Assembly (NCBI GenBank): GCA_051294375.1
Contig: CM119266.1
Location: 23,130,402-23,194,401, forward strand
DNA length: 64,000 nt
Reading direction: 5' to 3'
From: Paraspadella gotoi
Taxonomy: Eukaryota; Animalia; Chaetognatha
The position numbers and the translations under genes are program-made. The notes beneath the pieces were generated by a model. The model had not been told where the DNA came from and did no database searches. It worked only from the letters and a program-made list of their open reading frames with translations. Of this stretch, positions 26,148 to 39,714 are shown piece after piece (the first letter of the stretch is position 1; every line of letters begins with the position of its first letter).

Positions 26148-26912
26148 AAACGCTGACACTCCCCAGCAAATTACTTCCGGTTCCAGCAACCGCCGCCGCC
26201 GCTCGCGCACAAATCCTCGACGACCGAGCAGACGTTGCCCTCATGCAGCCTCTGCCAGCCGCTTGGCACGCGGCGCCACCCTCTCACATCCTTGAAACGC
26301 TCGCCGACGCCGACCGCGTCTACATCAGACGCGACGGCCACTCAACGCCGCTCCAACCCACGTCCGATGGCCCTTATATCGTGCGCGAACGAAGTTATCT
26401 CCGTTGATCGATTGAAGCCGGCCGTTACCGATGAAGCCGCGCCCCCAGATCCTAATCAAGCACGCCCACGCGGCCGACCGCGCCACCCTTTAGCACACGC
26501 GCCCCCGTTAACGGATGCGGCACAACTCGCGTCCACCACGACGCCGCAAGTTGCTCGTCGACAATCATCATCAATCCCCGATCTTTTAAATGTTCTTCCG
26601 ACAATGCTTCAGCCGCCGGAAGATGACGAAAACGACGACGCAATCCTATAACTCTCTCAAGCCTTCTCCCCATTCGGTCGAAGCCTTGGTGGGGGGATGT
26701 GTGGAGCAACAACAACGACAATACGCAACCTTGATATTAGTGACTGAATGACCTTACCCTCGTTCATTACCCTCTTTCTCTTTATGGTCATTGGTCAAAC
26801 TTTGACTTTGTAAATTACTATGTAATAGACTTAGCATTTGAGCCTTTTATTGTTATCGTTATTAACCTTGAAGAATAAAATCATTCTTACTCTGAAACTT
26901 GTTGCGTCCACA
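26148..26912 (+). mobile_element. 5'-truncated Gypsy element: integrase C-terminus, PPT and 3' LTR
   Basis: VYIRRDG..PLQP..DGPY and SVDRLKPA (GPY/F motif), PPT GGGGGGATG at 26691-26699, and LTR 26700-26912 with TGTGGA/TCCACA termini and AATAAA. Confidence 0.85.
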
Positions 26913-28703
26913 ATCCCCCTCAAAAATAATAGTAGTGATTCCCCAAAACAGATAAAAAATATAGTTTTCGTAAACAGAAATAGGGAGCAGTTGAAACTGT
27001 CCCCTTACAGCCCGTTCAAACTGAGCCTTTTTAAACTGCGTACAATTTTTTTTCCGTCATACCTAGTAGATAGGCAAGTTACCTAGTCGTTTATAATGTT
27101 ATTTTAAATATTTTTACAATTACTGATAGGAAATGATGTCAATATTTTTATATTGTTGATGTAACATTTCAAATCAATAGATCCACGCGTTGAAAAATAA
27201 TCTACAAAAAATGGTCATTTTTCACGCCCAAATTTTTAAAACAAATCTGCGTTCGATAAATTTTCTTTTTGGTTCCACTTAAATTTTTAGCTTTAGCTTA
27301 ATTGGTAATAAAAAAATTGATTTTCTTTGATATCTTTTGAATAAAAAATGATAGAACGATGATACTGATATCATATTAAGCTATATGGCATCTTTTCCAT
27401 ATAATTTTTCTCAAATGTTTCAAAAAATTTTTTAAAAATCTGGATCTGAATCTTAGTCAAAAGTATAACAACTTTTGAAATTAAATTAAACACACTTGGC
27501 CATATTTAAAAAAATAAATAAATATAGATTCTGAAAGAGAAAAAATTGAATTATGTTTCTGATATAAACAAAATTTTTTTATACCTCAAATGTTTATATA
27601 ATTACAAAGGATAATGAATTATCATTTTGTTGAAAACAAAAAAAATTAAAAAATCTATGTAGGAACCTTAAAAAACATGATTTAAATATGAACATTTAGG
27701 AGTTCAAACTTTGTTCCGGCTGATTTAAAAACTACTGACAAAGGGCTAAAAGTCGGTATTATCAGATTTTTAAATTTTTGTCATCTTCAGGTGCAAATTA
27801 AAACCTTTGCATAATGCCCATTAGCTATATTAATATAAAAAAAATTATTAAAAAAAGCACTTCAATCTTTTAATAACATGCTAATGCATGTAGCTTAGCC
27901 CGAAGTATAAATAAAAGAAATGATAAAGGACATCTTGTGCCCTCCCAATTTTTTGAAACATGTGTAAAACTATTGCCTGAGATCGAAAAATCAAAAATTC
28001 ACTTGGCCAATTTTTCCGTTTTATTGATTTTATACTGCGATAAGATGCAAAAAAATCGAAAAAAATAACAAATTTAAAGATAAAATAAAAGTTGTTAGAA
28101 TTATTAATTTTAGTAAAATATAGCTAAATCCAAGTATTTAAAACTGTTTTCAACTAAATAAATGTAAAAAACTTGTATTAATTAATGTTTAAATATTAAA
28201 AACATATTGCATTTTTTGTAAAAAAATATAAAAATTGTAAAAAATAGGAAAGATGGTTAATCAGAGAGTTTTAATCAAATATATATGAAATAAGTAGTTA
28301 TATAACTGTTTTCATTTTTAAAAATTTACTTTATTTATTAATTTTTAATTAATACATAAAGTTTTACATTTTTTAAACCACAAAAAATAAAGCAAAATAA
28401 TAAATTAAGGCGATCAGGAAATTAATGAATTTATGTATATAGTTAAAGGGTATTTCAAACTCTCATAACATAAACAAAAAGAAAAATAAATTGTCCTGTT
28501 AAAAAAATTCTTCCAAGGCAAGAGAGGTTTTATTTATGATACAAAAGGCATCAGGCCCTTGCACCCTCGGTGGCTATCTTACACTATTGATGCCTCTAAG
28601 TCAAGTTTGATATTCTTTTTTTCTTCTATTTTATGGATTTTGAGATGAGAACAGTGAGGTTTATTTTTAATATTTACAGAATATATTGTTTATAAATGTT
28701 TTA

Positions 28704-29197
28704 GTGTTACAGGCGGGTTAAGCGCCCCATCCCTCTAAACTGCTTGGTGACCACCGGGCTAGAACCCCGGACACACATCCCCCCCTCCCGTAGGGAGAAG
28801 TCTGTTGTGTCTCTTCAGTGAATTGTTGTTATTGGTGGAAAATTCGTCACCAAGTTGAGGCATGTCGCCTGATGTGCTGCGGGTGGAAAGTGCATCGCCA
28901 GGTTGAGGCATGTCAACTGAAAATGTTGTTGTTGCTGTTGTGTTCGGAAGTCGGGCTGACCAATGAAGAGACAGTAATTATTGATATGTGTTAATGACAG
29001 AACCGTTCAATGTAAGCAGTCCTTGCGCTTCGGATCAGGCTGTAACACCGTGTTACAGGCGGGTTAAGCACCCCGTCCCTCTAAACTGCTAGGCGACTAC
29101 CGGGCTAGAACCCCGGACCTTTGGGTTAGGAGGCGAATGACTTGCCTCCGGCACCAATGGCCGCTGATGAACGGTTGGTGGATTTTAGTCCACCATA
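28704..29197 (-). mobile_element. TRIM family 1 copy with a deleted 3' LTR
   Basis: Full LTR at 28964-29197, internal region, PPT and a partial second LTR. Confidence 0.9.
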
Positions 29198-30065
29198 ACA
29201 ATTATATTAAAATTATTTTTTTTTTTATAATTGTGGTATATAATCCTTTCTTTTGTTTTGATTAAGAAAAAGTTTGATTGGTTTTCAACAATGATTTGTT
29301 GTAAATAAATCAAACTTTTTCTTTATTTTTTTCATAAAATTATATTTTGATTTTGAGATAGTTTTAAAAAAATTGATTGTTTTCAATATTTATTATTAAA
29401 AGGCCATATTTGGCAGCAATTAAAAAATATTTTTTAAAAAAAGTAATACAAATTTATTGCCAACCCTTTTATATGTTTAATTCCATTATGATTTTGTTAA
29501 TTCTATATTGTAAACATCAGTCAGAAAAAGAAATATCAGCAATACTAATCTTTGGAAATCACTTTTTCCCAATTCCATTTTGAGACTCTGACTTTAAAAA
29601 GTCTTGCTATATTTTACTTCCTGAACCAATTCAAATTTTTCTTGCACTAATCGATAGCTCTTTAAAACAGTTTTACTTTTCATATATATTTTCTCAAAAT
29701 TAAAAAAAAGAGTGGTGTATTTAAAGCTACCTAGTATCCTTTTTTTTCCACCTCAGTGAAGCACTCTTTAAACCTTTTTGGGCCTTATCCACAAATCCTA
29801 ACCCGATTTTTAGATTTAAAGATTTAACTTCTTATTCTTAATTCACTTAACAGAAAATGGATCAAGATTTCAGTTATTTTGTAATTCTATTTTTTCTCGG
29901 TTTAACTTGGATCCCATGGGATTCTTTTGCGAAATTGGGACTCGCACACAAATGAGAGTCATGCCTATCAAGTTAATCAACTTTGAGTACGTAACTTTAA
30001 TATTATAGTTAATTAATATTAATTCTTCTAATACTGAATAAGTTCAGTGTATATTTAATATATAT

Positions 30066-30299
30066 TGAAGAAAGAGTAATTATTGTTATGTGTTAGTGAC
30101 AAAACCGTTCAATATAAGCAGTTCCTGAGCTTTGGATAAGGCTGTAACACCGTGTTACAGGCGGGTTAAGCGCCTCGTCCCTCTTAACCGCTAGGCGACC
30201 ACCGGGCTAGAACTCCAGACCTTTGGGTTGGAAGGCGAATGACTTGCTTCCAGCACCAATGGCCGCTGATGAACGGTTGGTGGAGTTTAGTCCACCATA
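30066..30299 (-). mobile_element. TRIM family 1 solo LTR
   Basis: 234 bp, TSD ATAT. Confidence 0.9.
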
Positions 30300-31658
30300 A
30301 TATATGCAAAAAAACTTATTTTGGTAACACAGATATGAATCACAGCTACATCATGACTTTCATTATATATTGGAGCTTCAAAAACAATGCAATGAAGAGA
30401 AAATACATCTTCATTCATTACCATTTCACGATAAGTAAGCTCAATACAATATTTATCCGGATCTACTTTCAGCAGATTCCGGCTCTATTATTTACTTAGT
30501 CGGTCCGTCGGTCCGCCCCCCTAATCCTGTCGGTAAGTCACTTTTGTCGAATTAGGATAAATTATGCAAAAAATTGATGTCCGTCTGTCCGTCTCTCTGG
30601 GCGTCCGACTGTCGGTACGTCCCCCCTTAGATTTGAACGCCAATTATTCATGAGTGGATGGATGGATTGAGATGAAATTTAGTGTGTGTGTAGGAAAGTG
30701 TGTAATTGAGTTGGACATAAAGTTTCGATAAAATCATCCAAGTTAAAATGAAAAAAACAAAAACTTGTTGCACTATTGGATTATTTTTTTTCATATACTA
30801 TCTAGGAAAAAAGTATATAACATTTTTAATAAATAATAACTATTCAAAAACTTGTTTGATTTTAAAATAATCAAAATGTTTCCGGATCGACATTAAATTT
30901 TTTTTCAGTAGCTTCCTTCCATTTTTTTGTTGGTCAAATCGTTTAGAAGTTACAGGCCAATAAATATTGTTACTTCAAATAACAAACGGCGAAAAAAATC
31001 AAATTTAGTTTTCCTCAATTTTTGGTATTTAGTTATTTATTTTTATTTCGTATAGAGTTATTTATTTTTAGTCCGGTCCGCCCCTTCAATCTTGTCGGGC
31101 ATTAACTTATTTCATGTCAGAATATCAAATTATGATAAATTATATAAAAAAGATGATGTCCATCCATCCGTCTGTCTGTCTGTCCATCCATCCATCCATT
31201 AAAATTAAGTTTCGATGGAATCGTTTGAGTGGAAATGAGTTTAAATGAAAAAAAAACAAAAAAACTGTTTCACTAATTGATTATGCTTCTTTTTCTTTTT
31301 ATATTAAATGTAAATGCAAAATGTATAATCAAATAATTAATCAGTTAATTAATCAATTATTCAATTAATTAATTATTACATAATCAGTCCATTAATCAAT
31401 TAATTAATCAATTAATCAAACCTTTTGGATTAAGTTAATTATTTAAATGATTAATTAATTAATTAACTTGAATTAATTAATTAATAATTAAGAGAGAGCT
31501 CGTCTCACTTCTTTTCTACTTCTCTTACATCGTCACAATCCTTCACCTTTTTCCCTACATTTATTTTCACGTATTTTCGTCTTCTACATTTTTTTTTAAT
31601 ATTAAATAAAGAGAAAAACAAAGTTTTATTAGTTTCAACGAATTTGTTTTATTCAGGA

Positions 31659-31705
31659 AAACAGACATGTTTCGGCTTTGGTTTTTCAAGCCTTCTTCAG
31701 TGTTT
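31659..31705 (-). ncRNA. Minimal type I hammerhead ribozyme
   Basis: Reverse-complement copy of 32557-32602. Confidence 0.8.
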
Positions 31706-32556
31706 GTGAATTAGACAAAATATTGTGCAAAAGAAGAGTGAGAGGAGAGAGAGAGAGAGAGAGAGAGAAAGTTAAAGTTTCCAACAAAGTGGTGAGACAG
31801 AATAGTGGTCAGAGGTGAGGACAGGGTAAGTTGAACACAGATTGAGTGAGTTTTTTGAAAAGAAATGAAATTTGTTAGAGAGAAAGAGAGAAAGAGAGAG
31901 ATAGACTTAACAAGGGATAAATATAATAATTAAAAATATACATTGTGCAATGTACAACAGTGATAAATGTTTAAAAACTGAAAAAGATTGGTGAGAATTT
32001 TTAACAATTGCAAAAGAGTGAATAAATAATTCAATATGTGTACTAATTAGCTAAAGAAATTTGGTGAAATGTGAAGTTGAAAAATGAAAGAAAGTTTAGT
32101 TTATATTTTTATTGCTATATAAGAGCCTAAGAAATTGAAATTTAAGGAGTAAGAAAGAGCTCAAAATGAGCTGGCCCCCCTTGGTTGTGCAAAGGAAGGA
32201 CTTAGGGGATGGTGACGGGTCATTGGCGCGTCAGTGGCGTGAGAGGAGAGTGTGAACCGAACTTGTAAGTGTTGGACTGGGGACTGAGAGTTTTTTAAAC
32301 ATTTATCACTGTTGTACATTGCACAATGTATATTTTTAATTATTTATTTATCCCTGTTAAGTCTATCTCTCTCTTTCTCTCTTTCTCTCTAACAAATTTC
32401 ATTTCTTTTCAAAAAACTCACTCAATCTGTGTTCAACTTACCCTGTCCTCACCTCTGACCACTATTCTGTCTCACCACTTTGTTGGAAACTTTAACTTTC
32501 TCTCTCTCTCTCTCTCTCTCTCACTCTTCTTTTGCACAATATTTTGTCTAATTCAC

Positions 32557-32602
32557 AAACACTGAAGAAGGCTTGAAAACCAAAGCCGAAACATGTCTGT
32601 TT
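32557..32602 (+). ncRNA. Minimal type I hammerhead ribozyme
   Basis: Stem I AAACA/TGTTT, core CTGAAGA, stem II GGCTT/AAGCC, then GAAAC-AT-GTC (palindromic mini stem III, GUC cleavage triplet). Confidence 0.8.
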
Positions 32603-33539
32603 TCCAATAAAAACAAATTCGTTGAAACTAATAAAACTTTGTTTTTCTCTAAATCATTTACAACGAAAAGAAAGGATTATCATATAATATTAAATAAAAA
32701 TGCAAGCTGCATTAATTTAACCAATTACTCAATCAATTAAATAATCAAACAAGTGATTAATCCAATCAATTAATTTAACAATCAATTAACTTATCAATCA
32801 ATCAATTAGTGATATTATCGTCGTCGATAATCCTCGGATACTCGCGGAGCAACTCTATAATTCACTTTTCGGTCGTTCTGCCGGTCGGTCCGTCGGTCTG
32901 TCCCACTTATGTTAAAATATATATAATTTGCTTATAGTTGGGTGCTCATTTGTTGAAACAGAAAAAACCTCAAATCTAAGTGAATTTCAATGCAGTACGT
33001 GTCATAAATACACAGGCTGAGATAGTTATTATAGTTATGTAGTCATGTCATGTCGCGTCTTGTCATGTCATGAGAAATACACGTGATAAGGCAGTCACTG
33101 CGTCGCAACACATTTGAATTACCGTTCTTGTTTTATGGTCAATATCCTTACAAAAAGACCTAAAAACAAACAAGTTTGAGTTTGAGTTAAATTAATTAAT
33201 GAATTAATTATTGCTAATGATCGTGGGCAGATCCGGCATTGTTTGCTCAAACTTATTCAATTTGTCGGTCACACCTTAATTTGGTTGGTCATCTTAGAAC
33301 ATCAAATTATGAAAAAAAAATCTTAAAAGTATAGTGATCTCGCCAGACCTTACTATCAAAGAAAATTAATGAAAAAATATTTTAATCTAATTTGCATATT
33401 GCAGTTAATAATAATTAAATGGAAATACAAACAAAAAATATTTGAATCGATATAAAACAAATAAAATGGAAACACATTTAAACTTCCTCACTGCCTTACT
33501 AATGGAACTTGATAACTAGATAATTAAAAATGAAAAAAT

Positions 33540-34130
33540 GCTACAAGTTAAAAAAATTATGCAAGTTGAAAAAATTATACAAGTTGAAAAAATTATGCAA
33601 GTTGAAAATAATTATACAAGTTGAAAAAATTATATAAGTTGAAAAAATTATGCAAATTAAAAAAAATATACAAGTTAAAAAAATTATGCAAGTTAAAAAA
33701 ATTATGGAGGTTGAAAAAATTATACAAGTTGAAAAAATTATGCAAGTTAAAAAAATTATGGAAGTTGAAAAAATTATTCAAGTTGAAAAAATTATGCAAG
33801 TTGAAAAAATTATCCAAGTTGAAAAAATTATGCAAGTTGAAAAAAATATACAAGTTGAAAAAAATATGCAAGTTTAAAAAATTATGCAAGTTGAAAAAAT
33901 TTTGCCATGTTAAAAAAAATTATGCAAGTTGAAAAAATTATGGAAGTTGAAAAAAAATTATGCAAGTTGAAAAAATTATGCAAGTTGAAAAAATTATGCA
34001 AGTTGAAAAAATTATGCAAGTTGAAAAATTTACAAGTTGAAAAAAATTATGCAAGTTGAAAAAATTATGCAAGTTGAAAAAATTATGCAAGTTGAAAAAA
34101 TTATGTAAGTTAAAAAAATTATGCAAGTTT
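33540..34130 (+). repeat. 18-bp minisatellite (AAATTATGCAAGTTGAAA)n
   Basis: About 30 tandem units. An inverted short array lies at 34235-34336. Confidence 0.95.
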
Positions 34131-35122
34131 AAATTTAAAACAAGTTTGAGCAAACAATGTCGGATCTGCCTACAATAATTAAACGGTAATCTGCTAATCA
34201 GATGATAAATCAAAATATTTTTTAAATTTTTTTAACTCGCATCATTTTTTTTAACTTGCATCATTTTTTCAACTTTCTTAATTTTTTAACTTGCATAATT
34301 TCTTCAACTTGCATAATTTTTTCAACTTGCATAATTTAATAAATAATAAAAATAAAAAATATAAAACCCCCTGTCGACCTAATCGACAGTTGGAGCTTCT
34401 CTCCCGGCAACCTCGGTCTTCCTCCCGTCTCCGCGCTCCAACTGTCAATTGTACACTTATTATATAAAGTATTTTATGTATTTTGGTATTTTTTGAATTT
34501 TTGTAATTTTGGTATTTTTCATTTTGAAAACATTTTTGCATGTTTAAACCGGTACAGAGACCTGGTTGTTAATATTATTATATTTCAATAGCATTACTAT
34601 ATTATTTATCAACATTCTGTTCAATCACTTAAGATAGACGACAACAATTATTTTGTTCTAATATTTAAGACCATATATTATAACAGGGGGCATGGAGCGC
34701 TCGAGTGAATCAAATCTATTACAGAAATAATTCCTCCACTTATGGGATTTGAACCATCGAACTCAAGCTCTGGACAACCTGAGTTACAACTCAGAGCCAT
34801 CCAGATGGCCCTGATTCCTCAGAGAATCTAAACCTATTTTAAAACTTTAAAAACAAATGGCGCCAAGACATCTTTTGGTGAACAGAGCAAACTGTTTTAA
34901 AGAAAAACAAAAGATTTCTAAATCGAGATTTAAAGCTTTAAATGAAAACAAAATTGCTGAGAAATCAGGGCCGTCTGAGTGGCCCAGAGCTGTAGCTCGA
35001 GTCACTCAGAACTTGAGTTTGACGGTTCAAATCCAAACAATGGATGAATTATTTCTATAAAAGATCTGATTCGCTCAAGTGGCCGCATGCCCCCCGTTGT
35101 AATATATGGTTAAATATATTTA

Positions 35123-35880
35123 AGCAAAGTTCGAAAATAAGTTCTTCAACAATTTTATTTTTGTACGGACCTGTTTCAACTCTTTTTCGAGCCTTCATCA
35201 GCGTTAATAAACATTTACAAATTTGTGCAAAAGAAGGGAAAGAGAGAGAGAGAGAGAGAAAGAAAGAGAGAAAGGGCAAAAAGTTTCCAACACAGAGATA
35301 GTGGTTTAAAGAATGAGTACAGTTTAAGTTGAGGACAGATCAGTTGTGAAGAGAAGTGAAATGGTCAATTGGTGAAAGAGAGAGAGACAGAGAGAGAGAG
35401 AGAAGGAGAGAGGGAGAGAGAGAGAAACAGAGAGAGACAAAATAATACATTGTGCAATGTACAACCAGGAATAAGTTTAAACTAATAGTGAATTTAACAA
35501 TTAATCTAATAATATATGTGTTTTATTCGTTTACAACAATTAGTTGAAACAGTACATTCAAAAGGGCATACAGCATTACAGATAAACGCATAAATTGTAC
35601 AGTTTACAATTCAAGAAAATATAAATATTTAAATTAACAGAACGAAAAAAGAAAAAAAAATCAACAATAAGCTGACAAGATTTTTAGAATATTGTTTCTA
35701 GAGGAAAAAAGCTTGGATTCAAAGTTTTTTTTTTTTAAATAGATAGTAATGAAAGGAAAGAAAGTTTTTAAATGTGAAATGATACATTTTTTTTGTGAGG
35801 GATAGATAAGTGACTGTTAAAGTGAAAAATTAAGAATTATGATAGAGCTCAAAATGAGCAGGCCCCCCTTGTAGCCAGGA
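35123..35880 (-). mobile_element. Penelope-like insertion with hammerhead (35164-35205), duplicated at 42093-42850
   Basis: CTGATGA-AGGCTC..GAGTT-GAAACAGGTC. The GA-rich body and the gagctcaaaatgagc.ggccccc segment are shared with 31611-32684. Confidence 0.7.
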
Positions 35881-35912
<32 letters not shown>

Positions 35913-35929
35913 GATTAATTGTTAAATTC

Positions 35930-37920
35930 ACGGTGTCGGGAAAAGGATATGGGTTTTTGATGAGGGGTGTCGCCGTCGGCTGGAGGCGTGCAACTTTGGA
36001 CCTAGATTCGAAAGTTGACGCCGTCCACTGTTGTTGTAAGGCGGCCAGTTGTTCGACTTGAACAGTCGTCGAGGACGATGCATCCATGGGAATGCTTTAA
36101 TGCCTTCCCCCCCCCCAAGACCATTGTCCGCCGCTGTACGCAGCCGATTGTCTTCTTTTATCCGTTCGTTCTTATCGCCTAGGAAGAAGTTCATCCGGCA
36201 ATTTCCAAAAACCATCTTGTCGTCGATTTTTCCTTTGCTAGGCGATGGAGTGATCATTTTTGAGTTCGGTTGCCTGTGAAAGCTGATCTTTATGATGCTT
36301 TTTCCCCCATTGTTATCAATCAGTATGTCTCCACCAAGCTGAGTTTTGGGATTGTGTTCCCCTGTCTTAATGTAGTGAATTGACAGCGGGGTATAACCGA
36401 ATTACCACTTATTTCCACTCAAGGCTCAAAACTTCTTGAAAGATCGTTGAAGTGAGGTGTTGGGAGAATTGGGATGGGCCAGCCTGGGCCATCTTTGAGA
36501 GAAGTGGCGCCGTACTTTGCCCTCTGGGCAATTCAAGAACAGTCCTGGCCCACTTGAAACATCTTTAGAAACGCATGTTATTCCAAACGATTTCTTGTCG
36601 CGTTCCCATCGCCTGGGTGCCCTCAATCCACTGATAACGTTTAATATTTTTCCTTCGCCATGAACGCGGTACAATGACGGGCAGGTTCATTCGCGTTTGA
36701 AGTCTGCCGTGCTTCTTCCGCTGTTTCTCTGGTAATGGTTGAGAACATTCTTGAGCCATGGACTCAAATTTTGGTTTCGAAACATAGTTAAGAGATGCAA
36801 TTTACGCCTGAGTTGTGGCTCGAGTCAGATTTAGTTTTTATTGATTTTTCTTCGAGTTTTCCGATTTTTGAATTCGCGTTTTCATCGAGTCGTACTTCAT
36901 TGCCGATGTTAAATCTCTTCTTTCGCGTTTGTCGATCGTCGTCACTTTGAGGCCCAATCACATGGGATTAATTGACGCTTGTCCTGTAGCTCTGCCACTG
37001 GCGCCGTCTGCTGCTGTGACAGATGGAATCTGTCGCTGTTAGTATGCTATCCGTGCTGCTGCGCTGTGAGGCCTGCTGACGAGGCCAATCAATTTTGTCG
37101 CGCATTAGTCTCATTATCGACGTCGACAACGATTCTGGTGTTGATACGTGTATTTGACGGTTGTTGGCTCCGAATTTCATGTGAGTTGACCGCTAGGGGA
37201 GGGTATCTCGGCCCACAATGTTGGACCTTACTCTTATAACGCACATCTGTTCCTTAAACTCAGCGATCACTGAGAGTTGATTGAGGTACTGAAACGAACG
37301 GTCTGAACTCTGTTTCTTCGAATCGCCCGTCACCAGGACTTTGGTTATCCCGTATACAAGGTAAATGATCTACCTTCGCCCAGTGCCTGATGGAGACAGC
37401 TTTGAGGCGTCAAAAGTTTCTTATGGAACGGAGGCCATAAGCGTGTGTGGCCAGAGAGGCTCCCATCCTTTTGGGCTCTTGCTTCCAGTACTGCTCCAAC
37501 GGCAAAATCTGAGGACATCCGTTGTGATTGCAAAAGTTGTGCTCCGGTTTCTAGGTGATTAAGTCATGCCGCTATGTGTCTGAACGCTTGTTTAAGTCGA
37601 TTTTGTCCAGTCCAGGTTTTTCTGGCTGCCCTGATGGCCTCGTACAAGGGAGCGCATCTGTGAGCGACTCTGGATTTAGCTGTAGTTGTAGAAAGACAAA
37701 CTGAGTTATTAAAGAATAAAGATAGAAAACCAAAAAAAGAGATAACAAAAAAGCAAATAAAGAAAAACGAAAAAAAAATAAAAAGAATAAAAAAAAACAC
37801 GAAAAATAAAAGATCAAAATTTATCATCCCAGAAATCTCTGCAGTTTCCTTTATCGTCGTGGGTCGAGCCATTTCCTGTAGCATTTGAACGCGTTTCTGG
37901 AAGCGGCCTCACTCCGATTC
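35930..37920 (-). pseudogene. Gypsy pol remnant (RT end - RNase H - integrase), indel-rich copy
   Basis: SDFAVGAVLE and EGRSFTLYT motifs, collinear with 42905-44700. Confidence 0.85.
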
Positions 37921-39714
37921 TTATCGCCCGCTCCTTCTCTTTCTTCTCCTCTCTCTTCCTCCTCCTCACTGACCCAGCCCCAAGTCCCCACCCTGTCCCC
38001 CACCCACCATCCCCTTTACATGTTTTTTGTTCCCTCCTTCCTCTTCCTAGCAGCTTCCACGCAAGACGGGTCCCGAACGAAGAAGAAAAGAGAGCAAAAA
38101 GAACACAACAACAATGAAAAGATGGGAATGAGCCAACGAATGACCAAACAAACAAGCCGCAAGTAGGATACCCAATAGTAATCGACCAGCCTGCCAGTCT
38201 CCTCAAAGAGATGCTGAAGAGACAAAAGAAGTTCAACGACAACACAACATTGAGAAAATAATAAAACCCCCTGTCGACCTAATCACGACAAGTGGGAGGC
38301 TTCTTCTCCCGGCATCCTCGGTCTTCCTCCCGTCTCCAGTGCTCCAACTGTCAATGTGTACACTTATTATATAAAGTATTTTATGTATTTTGTATTTTTG
38401 GTTTTTTTGAATTTTTGTATTTGGTATTGTTTTCATTTTGGAAAACGTTTTTGCATGTATTAGAACCGGTAGCAGAGACCTAGAGTTGGTGAATTATTAT
38501 TTGTATTTAGTATGGCATTATATTTATATTTATCAAAGTTCTGTTCAATCACTCGAGATTAGACAGTAAACAGACAATATATTTTGTTCTAATATTTAAG
38601 GACCATAATAGTACAGGCCATGGAGCCGTCTGTAGTGAATCCCAAATCTATTACCAGAAATTAATTTCTACCTTCCACTTATTGGGATTCGACCATCGAA
38701 CTCAAGCTCTGGAGCCTGAGTACAACTCAGAGCGCCATCCAGACGCCTGATTTTCCTCAAGAGAATCTAAACCTATGTTAAAACGAGTTAAAAAGGCGGC
38801 CAAATGGCGCCCAAGACATTCTTTGGTGCGATGTCATATCGCAGTTTTCAAGCTTGTTCTTAAGAGAAAAACAAAAGATTTCTCTAAATCAGAGATTTAA
38901 GCTTTAAATGAAAACCAATAATCTGAGAAATCAGGGCCATCTGAGTGGCCCAGAGCGTTGTAGCTCATCCTCAGAACTTGATTTGATAGGGTTTCGAAAT
39001 CCAACCATGGAGAATTTTCTATAAAAGATCTGATTCGCTCAAGTGGCCACCGGTGCCCCCTGTTGTTAAGTATGGTTAAATATATTAAACAAAAATGTGT
39101 CGTCCATCTTTTGTGGACTGAAGTATGTTGATAATAAGATATATCGAATATATAGTAAATATCATAGTAAGAACCGGTATTTTAAAATGTTGCAACAGGA
39201 AAAAATAATTTGAAACTAGATCTAAAATTGAAAAATTTTAAAAATAATAACAAAAATGAAAATACAAACACATGGGTAACATGTAATATGACAGTCTGGA
39301 GCGAAGAGACGGGAGTGAAAGACACGGGATGCTGGGACGAGCTCCTCCGATAGTCGATTAGGTCGAAGGGGGTTTTATTTTTTTATCTATCGCTTTTTTG
39401 TCGTCATTCTGTATTTTGACGTCCGAGCATCTCATTTTTTTTTTCTTGAGCTAGACAGATAAGTGGTCGATTAGTGATTGGCATTCCTGCTCGAAAAGTC
39501 ATCTGGCCATTGGTTTTGAGTTATCTTTTGATCGTCTTGTTCGTTTTTCCTTTTTCTTTGTTGTTGTTGTGTTGTTCTCTCTTCGCTTCTGGGGATTGAT
39601 CGTCTTCAGCGTGGAGGCTGAGGATAGAGGGAGGGAGGAAAGTAAGGTGGGAGTGGTGGGGAAGGTGGGGTTGAGTGAGAGGGGGAAGTGAGGAGGAGGG
39701 GAGGAACCAGTTCG

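Larger units (their letters stand above)
31611..32684. mobile_element. Penelope-like element fragment with inverted pseudo-LTRs
   Basis: Near-identical ~365-bp inverted arms (31610-31979 / 32289-32650), a 34-bp tail, a 14-bp flanking duplication TAATATTAAATAAA, and a hammerhead in each arm. Confidence 0.8.
30455..33256 (+). mobile_element. Composite HINE with nested insertions
   Basis: 5' hairpin at 30455, GTCY repeats, core, TTAA tract and 3' end at 33225-33256. Contains the Penelope-like insertion and a second HINE-like family (32830-33135). Confidence 0.65.

Noticed and set aside
33593-34213. KKLCKL / HNFFNL repeat ORFs
   Set aside because: Translation of the 18-bp minisatellite.
34858-34872. 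TGGCGCC in the palindrome core as a tRNA-Lys PBS
   Set aside because: Only 7 nt match, opposite orientation to pol, and no adjoining LTR end.
34966-34980. CAGGGCCGTC as a hAT TIR end
   Set aside because: The flanks continue as inverted sequence rather than an 8-bp direct TSD.
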